Virus record (IMG/VR): IMGVR_UViG_3300027759_000048
Source: a virus
Strand: one strand, 5' to 3'
Length of the DNA: 64,000 nt
Positions within the stretch are counted from its first letter, which is position 1, and the number at the start of each line of letters is the position of its first letter. Below the pieces are notes generated by a model. That model made no database searches and was not told the DNA's origin. It saw only the letters and a list, made by a program, of their open reading frames with translations. Shown piece by piece: positions 9,918 through 19,885 of this stretch. Position numbers and translations under genes: made by a program.

Positions 9918-12900
9918 ATGGCTTATAATAGAGCAAATAATACATTGACAACTGACTTCAATGTTACTCCTTACTACGATGATTATACCATTGATAGTAA
10001 CTACTATAGAATTTTATTTAAGCCAGGCTACGCAGTCCAAGCCCGTGAACTAACACAGATCCAGTCATCCCTTCAAGAACAGATTAATCGTTTCGGCAAG
10101 CATGTATTCAAAGAAGGCTCTATTGTTATTCCTGGTGGCTTCACACTAGAAACACACGGTGGTGCTAATACAGGTTCAGGTATTCGTTACGTTAAGATTA
10201 AAGATTATGACGCATCAAACAATGACGTTACCATCAGTGACTTCGTTGGCGTTGACGTTCTAGGTGCTACATCAAACATTACCGCAGCGGTTGTTGATGT
10301 TGTATCAGGTACACAGTCAAACTCAAATACAAAGACACTATACGTTAAGTATAAGACAACATCAAGTTCAAACAACATTCAGAAAATCTTTACTGCTGGT
10401 GAAACACTATCAGCAAACGTTGGTGGTGTAACAAAGACACTTGTTGTTCTCAATACAGATCCAGTTGCTAACGTCGGCTTCGGTTCAAGATTTAAGATTG
10501 ATGAAGGTGTATTCTTTGCTAAGAACCACTTTATCTCTTTTGAAACACAGTCAGTCATTCTCGATAGATATAATCCAAATCCGTCATGTAAGGTTGGTTT
10601 CTTCGTAACAGAAGACATTATCAATGCTTCACAGGATACATCATTACTAGATCCAGCACTAGAAGCATCTAACTATGCCGCACCTGGCGCAGATCGTCTA
10701 AAGCTAACACCAACTCTAACTGTCAGACCATATGATGATCCAATCGGTGCTCCTGATTTTGTGGAATTGTTTAGTATTGAGAATGGTGTGGTTAAGTCAT
10801 ACTTTGAGAGATCACAGTATAACATCATTCAAGATGAGATGGCTAAACGTCTTTTTGATCAGTCTGGCGATTATGTTGTTCGTGGTATGGATGTTCAGAT
10901 TAGAGAACATGATGACACAGGTTCAAACTTTGGTCGTTATGCCAACGGTAACAATAGTCTATTGTTCGTCGGCGTTTCGTCTGGTCTTGGTTATGTTCAA
11001 GGTTATGAGATCAACAATCTTGATACAGCCGAACTACAGATTGAAAAAGGTCTAGCCACTTCACAGTTTAGAGAGCAAATTGCTTCCGCTACACTAGGTT
11101 CATATGTTACTGCTAATAGCACCGTAGGTTCATGGGTATTAGACAAAGCAACAGCAGTTTCTCTTTACGATACACCTCAACGCCGTATTAGTAACAATCT
11201 ATGGTCAGGTGCTACATCACCATCAGGTAGAGTTATCGGTACAGCTAACGTAGCATCATTTGAATACTCAACAGGTACACCAGGATATGATGCCAGATAT
11301 AACATCTATCTAATGGATGTCAATATGCTCGGTAGCAACAGCTTTGCTAACGTAAGAAGCGTTTATTACGATGGTTCTGCTTCTGATGGTTATGCTGATA
11401 TTGTATTGGATGCCGGCGCAGCCGTTCTTTACGAAGTGCCTAATTCACAGTTACTATACTATGTTGGTGATGAATATGTTAAGAGTGTAAGAGATATTGA
11501 TAATCCAACAATCAATGCTACAACATTCTATTTCAACAAAACAGACAGTATCTCACCAATTGCTGCTAATGGCACATTCACATACTCTATTGCTGGCACT
11601 GGTGAAACATTCCCATATGGTTCAACGACACTTTCTGCCGCACAAGAATCCGAACTAAGATTAACACTAGACACCTCAGCTAATATTACAATGACAGGTA
11701 CTGTTAATGGTACTGGTGGAACATCCGCACTCAGCGGTGTAGGTACAGCTTTCACAAGATTAAACGTTGGTGACAAAATTGAATTTGTCGGCAACACAAG
11801 AACATATTACATTTCAGCAATCACTAACGATACCAGCTTGACAGTTGTTGGTGGATTACCTACCGGTCTATCAGGTAACACATTCTTTAAAGCATATAAA
11901 ACTGGTGATATTATTGATCTTACTGGTAAAGGTTCAGCCGCAGGTGTATCTAGAACAGTAGTGGCAACACCAACATCATTGACTTTTGATCTTAAAGAAA
12001 CATTTCCGACTACATTAAATGCTACATTGACATATAAGTTAGCTAGAACAGCGGCTAAGGAAATTGAAAAGCTCAAGAGAGCAAGCCGTTACGTTAGAAT
12101 TAATTGTAACACGAACGCAAGAGGAACAACTGGTCCATACGATCTAGGCTTCTCTGATGTTTATCAAGTTAAGAGCATTAGACTTGGTACAGGAGGAACA
12201 TATCCAACATCTAATACTGCTGGCACAGATGTTACAACATTGTTCAAGTTTGATAACGGTCAACGTGATAGTTACTATGATCATGGCACAATTACACCAA
12301 CTGGTATTGGTCTATCTGCTACTGATCGTCTTCTAGTTGAACTAGATTACTTTGAGCCAAACTTTACATCCCGTGCTGGTTACTTCTCAATTGACTCCTA
12401 TCCAATTGAGGATAATGATGCTCTATATGATTCCTCAGTAGATATCAGAACAGAAAATGTTTCTATCTACAAGTCACCAGTAAATGGTAAAGAGTATAAT
12501 CTCAGAAACTATCTTGACTTTAGACCAGTAAAGACAAACTCTGCCGATGGCACAAGTCCTACAGGTACAACACCTGCGACGGCAACAGAGAATCCAGCTA
12601 GGTCATTTGCTTATCAGAACTCAACAAATGGTTTGAGAATACCTGCTTCATCAAGTCAGATTATATATGACTATACAACATACATGGGTCGTAAGGACTT
12701 GCTTGTTGTAGATAAGGATAAGAGATTCCAAGTCATCACTGGCATACCAAGCAATTTCCCAATCACACCAGAAGCAATTCCTGGTACAATGACTATTGCT
12801 GTTCTCAACATTGTGCCATATCCATCATTGTCACCAGCTTATGCTTCATCAATCAATCGCTATGATCTAGCAACATCCACTAAGAAGATGTCAAACGCTA

Positions 12901-15900
12901 GATTTACTATGCGTGACATTGGTACATTGAAACAGCGTATCGTCAATCTAGAATACTACACAGCATTGTCCGTTCTAGAAAAGGCTGCTTCTGATCTACT
13001 CATCTTAGATGGTGATGGTCTTGATCGTTTCAAGAATGGTATCTTTACCGATTCATTCCGTGATCAGTCATTAGCAGCAACATACAACAACGATCATCAT
13101 ATCTGTGTCGATCCTGATGAAAAAGTTCTTCGTCCACTATACACCATGGACTCATTTGGTTATGATTATGTTAGTGGAACAAACGTTGTAAAGAATGATG
13201 ATCTTGTTACACTAAACTATTCAGAAGAATTATTGTGGAATCAGTCATGGGTTACATCTGACAGAAACATCGAACGCCGTGACTGGTTGTTCGTTGGTCA
13301 GGTTAGATTGTTCCCTGAGCAAGACGTTTGGGTTGACGTTTCTACCGCTCCTGACGAACAAATTAATCTTGGCACATGGACACAGACAAACGTTCTAACC
13401 AATCAGTCAGTATTGACAAGCACCGAATGGAATGCTTGGAAAAAGTATGTTGTTGGTTATCGTGTCTATACAGGCAACGGCTCAAATAGAAATGCGTATA
13501 ACTATGGCAATCTCTATAGAACATACGATGAAGCAAGAGATGTTGCTAACTCACTAAATCCACCAGGTAACGGTCGTGGTGTTTCTGTTGAGACAGTTTA
13601 CAACAATGTTCGTACCGGTACAGAGCATTGGGTTTCTGATGTTACTCAGACAGCGGAAAGCGGATATAAGATTATCAATACTGAATCAATTCCTTATATT
13701 CGTCCTCAGGTAATCACTGTTGCTTGTACCTCAATGAAGCCATTCACAAGAGTTTGGACATTCTTTGATAACGAGCCAATGGCATCATATACACGTCCAA
13801 TCTCCAACACACAATATACAGCTATTACTGATGGTGTTGAAAATTCACCAGCCGAAGATTTGTTGATCCAGGGTGGTCCGGCGGAAGGCTCAGAACTTGT
13901 TACTGATGCTAATGGTACACTATACTTCCAAATGCGTCTACCTAATGAGAAGAGATTCCGTTGTGGTAGCCGTGCGCTTGTAGTTGCTGATACATTTATT
14001 CCTGTAAATGAAGCGTCTGTTTCACCACTCGGAGCAAGTGACGATCTATCAACTGGTGGTAGAGCATTCTTCTATGCTTCTGGTACCGCAGTAACAAAAC
14101 AAAGAACAATTTACTCTTCAAGACACGTTGATTATTACGACAAAGAACTTGAAGAAACATATAGTGACAGTGCCTTCCAAGACATTGCTGCTCCACCTCC
14201 ACCTCCACCAAGAGGTAAGCATTGTTCCGCTTACTCATTCTTGGCTCAGGCGCCAAATGGTGAAGAGGGTATGTTCCTAACAAGTGTTGATCTCTTTATT
14301 TCTCGTATCAGAGATAAAGGTATCTGGTTTGAAATTCGTGAAATGTCTGCTGGTGGAACTATTACAAGAAATCAAGTTCCATTCTCCGAAGTATGGTATG
14401 AGAATGTTGATGATATTCCGATATCCACAGATGGTAAGACAAATGCTCTAAACGTCAAGTTCAAAGCACCACTCTTCTTGTATCACAATACAATGTATGC
14501 GTTTATCATACATCCTATTGATAGTAACCCAGATACATACTTCTGGACTGCTAAGTTGGGTCAAGATGATCTCAACGGCAAAGGACAGTATAACAACCGT
14601 CGTAACACTGGGGCATTCTATCAGACAAACAATAACATCAACTGGGATATTATTGCTGACGTTGACTTGACCTGTAAGTTCTACAGAGCAAACTTCGTTA
14701 CTAATACAGAAGGCGAAGCTATTCTTGGTAATAAGCCAGTTGAAAATCTAATACTCAAGAGTAGATCAAAGAGCTTGAAACCAAGACAAGGTGATGTATT
14801 CACCACTGGTTCTAAACTAGTTCTTTCATCTAACGGAACAATTCAGACAACAGATATTCTAAAGGGTGTTACATCATTAGCTAACTCTTCCGTATCTGCT
14901 ATCAACGGTTCAACATATTCAATGTCTAACACTGGATATACTGTTGGTGAAACAATCAACGTCTTTGCTGCTAACAATGTCTATCGTGGCATTTCAGCAA
15001 ACGTTACCTCTGTTTCATACGGTCGTGGTGTTCTAAACTACTATGTTGATGGTCCGACAACAAACTCAGCCATCACATACAGCATAGCACAGCTAACAAA
15101 CTCTGATGGTAACTTCTCAGCTAATGACTATATCTTTAGTGTCGCCGCACCAGATTACAACGGTGTAATTGGTCAGATAAGAAACTACAGATATTCCGCA
15201 ATCTCATTTGAGCCTGCGACAATGAACTTCAAAGATACCGATCTAAAGTTTGCTATGCGTTCTTACTCAAATACAAGTGTAGAAGGTTCTTATGTTTCCG
15301 TTCAACCATCAGAAACATATTACTACGATGCCGAGCAAGCACTACACTCAAAGAGCAATGAAACATCGGCTCTAGGCGGTGCTCGTTCTAATCAAGTTAG
15401 AGCAACATTCCTAACTGGTAAGATTGGCGTTTCTCCTGTTCTTGATATGGGCAGAACACATTCAATCTACCTAGATAACATTATTAGTGCTAACTCTGGT
15501 GGCGAAACTGCTGCCTCTGGTGGTGAGCTAATAAATAGATACATCTCCAAGACTGTAACTCTAGCAGAGGGACAAGACGCAGAGGACATTCAAGTTGTTC
15601 TAACTGCTTATCGTCCACCTAATACAGACGTTAAAGTTTGGATCAAGATACTTCATCGTGAAGACTCAACATTGTTTGATAACGCACCATGGATTGAAAT
15701 GTCAAGATCATCAGCCGATGAGTATTCTTCACTAGCAAACAGAAACGACTACAAAGAATACACATATGGATTTGCTACAGCTAACTTGACAGGTCCTAAT
15801 GGCGAAGTTCGATATACTAATGCTGCTGGTATCACATTCACTGGCTACAAGTATTTCGCTATCAAGATTGGTCTTGTCAATACACTAAACAATACCGCTG

Positions 15901-15947
15901 TCTATCCACGTGTTGGTGATTTGAGAACAATCGCACTACAGATATAA
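9918..15947 (+). CDS. VrlC-like large virion structural protein (DUF4815-type)
   Basis: FNVTPYYDDY...YYRILFKPGYAVQARELTQIQS; APGADRLK; RFTMRDIG.L..RI.NLEYYT; RFKNGIFTDSF; C-terminal PRVGDLRTIAL. Confidence 0.88.
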   Translation: MAYNRANNTLTTDFNVTPYYDDYTIDSNYYRILFKPGYAVQARELTQIQSSLQEQINRFGKHVFKEGSIVIPGGFTLETHGGANTGSGIRYVKIKDYDASNNDVTISDFVGVDVLGATSNITAAVVDVVSGTQSNSNTKTLYVKYKTTSSSNNIQKIFTAGETLSANVGGVTKTLVVLNTDPVANVGFGSRFKIDEGVFFAKNHFISFETQSVILDRYNPNPSCKVGFFVTEDIINASQDTSLLDPALEASNYAAPGADRLKLTPTLTVRPYDDPIGAPDFVELFSIENGVVKSYFERSQYNIIQDEMAKRLFDQSGDYVVRGMDVQIREHDDTGSNFGRYANGNNSLLFVGVSSGLGYVQGYEINNLDTAELQIEKGLATSQFREQIASATLGSYVTANSTVGSWVLDKATAVSLYDTPQRRISNNLWSGATSPSGRVIGTANVASFEYSTGTPGYDARYNIYLMDVNMLGSNSFANVRSVYYDGSASDGYADIVLDAGAAVLYEVPNSQLLYYVGDEYVKSVRDIDNPTINATTFYFNKTDSISPIAANGTFTYSIAGTGETFPYGSTTLSAAQESELRLTLDTSANITMTGTVNGTGGTSALSGVGTAFTRLNVGDKIEFVGNTRTYYISAITNDTSLTVVGGLPTGLSGNTFFKAYKTGDIIDLTGKGSAAGVSRTVVATPTSLTFDLKETFPTTLNATLTYKLARTAAKEIEKLKRASRYVRINCNTNARGTTGPYDLGFSDVYQVKSIRLGTGGTYPTSNTAGTDVTTLFKFDNGQRDSYYDHGTITPTGIGLSATDRLLVELDYFEPNFTSRAGYFSIDSYPIEDNDALYDSSVDIRTENVSIYKSPVNGKEYNLRNYLDFRPVKTNSADGTSPTGTTPATATENPARSFAYQNSTNGLRIPASSSQIIYDYTTYMGRKDLLVVDKDKRFQVITGIPSNFPITPEAIPGTMTIAVLNIVPYPSLSPAYASSINRYDLATSTKKMSNARFTMRDIGTLKQRIVNLEYYTALSVLEKAASDLLILDGDGLDRFKNGIFTDSFRDQSLAATYNNDHHICVDPDEKVLRPLYTMDSFGYDYVSGTNVVKNDDLVTLNYSEELLWNQSWVTSDRNIERRDWLFVGQVRLFPEQDVWVDVSTAPDEQINLGTWTQTNVLTNQSVLTSTEWNAWKKYVVGYRVYTGNGSNRNAYNYGNLYRTYDEARDVANSLNPPGNGRGVSVETVYNNVRTGTEHWVSDVTQTAESGYKIINTESIPYIRPQVITVACTSMKPFTRVWTFFDNEPMASYTRPISNTQYTAITDGVENSPAEDLLIQGGPAEGSELVTDANGTLYFQMRLPNEKRFRCGSRALVVADTFIPVNEASVSPLGASDDLSTGGRAFFYASGTAVTKQRTIYSSRHVDYYDKELEETYSDSAFQDIAAPPPPPPRGKHCSAYSFLAQAPNGEEGMFLTSVDLFISRIRDKGIWFEIREMSAGGTITRNQVPFSEVWYENVDDIPISTDGKTNALNVKFKAPLFLYHNTMYAFIIHPIDSNPDTYFWTAKLGQDDLNGKGQYNNRRNTGAFYQTNNNINWDIIADVDLTCKFYRANFVTNTEGEAILGNKPVENLILKSRSKSLKPRQGDVFTTGSKLVLSSNGTIQTTDILKGVTSLANSSVSAINGSTYSMSNTGYTVGETINVFAANNVYRGISANVTSVSYGRGVLNYYVDGPTTNSAITYSIAQLTNSDGNFSANDYIFSVAAPDYNGVIGQIRNYRYSAISFEPATMNFKDTDLKFAMRSYSNTSVEGSYVSVQPSETYYYDAEQALHSKSNETSALGGARSNQVRATFLTGKIGVSPVLDMGRTHSIYLDNIISANSGGETAASGGELINRYISKTVTLAEGQDAEDIQVVLTAYRPPNTDVKVWIKILHREDSTLFDNAPWIEMSRSSADEYSSLANRNDYKEYTYGFATANLTGPNGEVRYTNAAGITFTGYKYFAIKIGLVNTLNNTAVYPRVGDLRTIALQI

Positions 15948-15955
15948 GGTGATGA

Positions 15956-16747
15956 ATGGAAATTGAATTTGATCTACAGAATGATTTTAGAGAAATACAC
16001 GAATACGATTTTGGCAATGGACCAGTACCAGCACACCAACACCCACGTGGAGGTGGCTGGGTAGCAAACACAGCAAAGGTAGATGATACCTGCTTTGTTG
16101 GTCCATATGCCAGAGTTTTTGAGAATGCCTTTGTTACTGATGCTGCTATCATCAACGATGGTGCTAGTGTATTTGGAAATGCTTCTGTAACCAATCGTGC
16201 CAAAGTCTATGGTGATGCTATGATATTTGATCACGCATCTATTAGAGACAACGCTAGAGTAAGTGGTTTCAGTAAAGTGTTTGGTAACGCTAGAGTTATG
16301 GATAACGCACAAGTCTATGAAAATGCGGAAATCTATGATAATGCTATTATTTGTAACAATGCTGAGGTGTATGATAATAGCAAAGTTTATCGCAATGGAA
16401 TAGTATATGAATGTATCAAGCTATACGGTCATACTATTGTAACGAAGAAACCGCTTTTAGGATTAGGCTTTGATTATCCTGTGACCCTCACTGATCATCA
16501 CGTATTGCTTGGCTGTACCGTTGTTCCGCCAACCATACTAAAGAAGCTCGGTAGACGAATTATTACAATGGTTGGTTACGATAAAGAGCAAGCAGAGTTG
16601 TGGCTAAGTATAGTTGATAAGTTGATAGAGGTTCACGGCTGTACCGATATCGAATCGGAATTGACACCTGAGACAGAAAGAAACGTTATTCTCAATCTCA
16701 TAACAGAAAGAAATGCAGGAAGTGACAGAGACATTAGGACCCGATAG
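15956..16747 (+). CDS. Left-handed beta-helix (hexapeptide repeat) protein
   Basis: Tandem A-x-V-(F/Y)-(G/D/E)-N hexapeptides after HPRGGGWVA. Confidence 0.8.
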   Translation: MEIEFDLQNDFREIHEYDFGNGPVPAHQHPRGGGWVANTAKVDDTCFVGPYARVFENAFVTDAAIINDGASVFGNASVTNRAKVYGDAMIFDHASIRDNARVSGFSKVFGNARVMDNAQVYENAEIYDNAIICNNAEVYDNSKVYRNGIVYECIKLYGHTIVTKKPLLGLGFDYPVTLTDHHVLLGCTVVPPTILKKLGRRIITMVGYDKEQAELWLSIVDKLIEVHGCTDIESELTPETERNVILNLITERNAGSDRDIRTR

Positions 16748-16940
16748 AAGAACCGACAAGCCAGGTATCTATAGAACCGCTGAGGGATTTCTTATAAATA
16801 AGGATAATGAAGCATTAGCCGCTTATAAGAAACGTAAAAGAAGAGAACAAGCGGTTGACAGAATACAAAATCAAATTGACGAGTTACGAACCGATATCAA
16901 CGAGATCAAAGACTTACTAAAAGGACTAGCGAGAAGATAA
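16713..16940 (+). CDS. Small coiled-coil protein typically found after VrlC-like genes
   Basis: GFLINKD..AL..YK and a C-terminal DINEIKDLL coiled coil; exact start uncertain. Confidence 0.65.
   Translation: MQEVTETLGPDRRTDKPGIYRTAEGFLINKDNEALAAYKKRKRREQAVDRIQNQIDELRTDINEIKDLLKGLARR
16793..16800 (+). promoter_or_regulatory. Late promoter TATAAATA upstream of fiber 16942
   Basis: Exact consensus. Confidence 0.65.
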
Positions 16941-16941
16941 A

Positions 16942-17784
16942 ATGGCAATAGCAAACGTCGCACTCACAGATACATTTGATTACTGGCGAACAACAACTAA
17001 CCAGATAATTACTGTTCTTAATGGTAAGCTAGTTTATTGTAACACCACTAATGCCAATACCGTATCTATTCCTACAAGTATCTCTGGATCAAGTAATCTA
17101 TACGTCAATATCATTACATCAACCTCATTGAATGATTCCGCAACAGCAAATGTTGCTTCCGCATTTACAGCTAACACATTACAAGGACTTGCTATTTCAT
17201 ATGCTGCGGCAGCTAATAGCAATGCTCAATTCTCTGTTACCGCTGCTAACAACTATGCTTCCATTCTAGCTGCTAACAATGCTGTCGGCGCTAACGCATG
17301 GGCAAACACTCTAGCATTCTCTACAGGTGTAACAGCAACAGGTTGGGCTAATAACGTTGGAGCCGCTGGTAACAGCTATACAAATTACGTTGGAACATCA
17401 GCTAACAGCTTTGCTAATATCACATATGCTCCTAAGATCAGTCCTACATTCACAGGAACAGTCACAATCAATGCCAATATTGCTAATCAAATATTGACAG
17501 ATGGTGCTACAATCAACTGGGACACATCTCTCGGTTCAGTTGCTACAGTCACACTTGGTGGCAATAGAGCAATCGCTGCCCCAACAAATCTAAAGATCGG
17601 TTCATACATTCTTCATATTATACAAGATGGCTCTGGTAACAGAACCGTTACATGGAATTCAGTATTCAAGTGGCCTGCTGGTGTTGCGCCAGTATTGACT
17701 ACAACTGCTAATCGTCGTGATCTATTCTCATTCGTCTGTGATGGAACAAATCTATACGGTTCTTATCTACCTGACGTGAGGTAA
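16942..17784 (+). CDS. Short fiber/adaptor protein
   Basis: N-terminal VALTDTFDYWRTTTNQI anchor; Ala/Asn stalk; C-terminal LTDGATINWD...QDGSGNRTVTW..FKWP domain. Confidence 0.7.
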   Translation: MAIANVALTDTFDYWRTTTNQIITVLNGKLVYCNTTNANTVSIPTSISGSSNLYVNIITSTSLNDSATANVASAFTANTLQGLAISYAAAANSNAQFSVTAANNYASILAANNAVGANAWANTLAFSTGVTATGWANNVGAAGNSYTNYVGTSANSFANITYAPKISPTFTGTVTINANIANQILTDGATINWDTSLGSVATVTLGGNRAIAAPTNLKIGSYILHIIQDGSGNRTVTWNSVFKWPAGVAPVLTTTANRRDLFSFVCDGTNLYGSYLPDVR

Positions 17785-17787
17785 TTA

Positions 17788-18912
<1,125 letters not shown>

Positions 18913-18922
18913 GAGGAAAGAA

Positions 18923-19450
18923 ATGAACATTCATTACCGAATAATCAAGGTTGATCCAGCGGCACATGGAATAGTCGTTCGTTACTTTACCGACAAAGTA
19001 ACTGAAACCGATCTTGCTAATTCACTCAATCCCGACGGATCAGTGATACTAAACGCTGATGGATATCCAGTATCTACAAGAACAGATGTTATGATGAGTA
19101 TTTTTGATACACCTGCTCCAAGCAACGAGGAAATTGAAAAGCGCATTTTGATGAATGCTCCTGTCGATTGGTTGAAGTTGCAGGAAGATATCAAAGATCC
19201 TGGTGTTGATACTAAGATGATGGATATTAGAAATCTAACAGGTGAAAGTAAATCAGTCACCTTGGATGAATTGAAAGAAATGAGACAGATTATTGTCAAA
19301 CAAGAAAGAGATGAGCGTAGCGTCGAGAATGCATATGCTACTGTCACTAATCTGTTGGATTCATTGAAAGTCATAGCTGCTGAAGATCCTCATTCTATAA
19401 AAGGATTCTATGATACTTTAGAAGAGATTAAAAAGATCGCCGAAAGCTAA
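18923..19450 (+). CDS. Hypothetical protein, possibly a fiber/adhesin chaperone
   Basis: GAGG RBS; 175-aa ORF after the adhesin; function inferred from position only. Confidence 0.55.
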   Translation: MNIHYRIIKVDPAAHGIVVRYFTDKVTETDLANSLNPDGSVILNADGYPVSTRTDVMMSIFDTPAPSNEEIEKRILMNAPVDWLKLQEDIKDPGVDTKMMDIRNLTGESKSVTLDELKEMRQIIVKQERDERSVENAYATVTNLLDSLKVIAAEDPHSIKGFYDTLEEIKKIAES

Positions 19451-19501
19451 TACCTATTCTTTCTGGGAGTGATAAACATATAGTCATTGGGTCCTAGGAC
19501 A

Positions 19502-19515
19502 GATAAATATAAATA
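19502..19515 (+). promoter_or_regulatory. Overlapping late promoter motifs GATAAATA/TATAAATA at the head of the fiber block
   Basis: Intergenic, exact consensus. Confidence 0.8.
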
Positions 19516-19540
19516 GTAGGAACTATAAGAAAGAGACCCA

Positions 19541-19882
19541 ATGGCAGAATATGTAGAACTTTACATAGATCAAGGAAGCGACTTTTCTACCACAGTCAAT
19601 CTAAATGATGATAACACAAATCTTCCTCAAAACGTCTATGGTTATGTAGTAACCAGTTCCCTTAGAAGATCATTGCTGTCACCTAATACGTCAGCAAATC
19701 TTACCTGCACTGTCTATGACGCATCAAACGGTGAATTTCTTATCACAATGACTGCTGGTCAAACGGCTAACCTACGATCAGGTTCATATCTTTTTGATGT
19801 AAAAGTTCGTGATACACTATCATCGACAACATCTAGATTAATTGAAGGTGTGATATTTGTAGCACCCTCTATTACCAGGTAG
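19541..19882 (+). CDS. Small virion structural protein (BppU-like beta-sandwich)
   Basis: LYIDQGSDFS...MTAGQTANL..G.Y.FDV...RLIEG.I.V.P pattern; own late promoter. Confidence 0.7.
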   Translation: MAEYVELYIDQGSDFSTTVNLNDDNTNLPQNVYGYVVTSSLRRSLLSPNTSANLTCTVYDASNGEFLITMTAGQTANLRSGSYLFDVKVRDTLSSTTSRLIEGVIFVAPSITR

Positions 19883-19885
19883 CGC

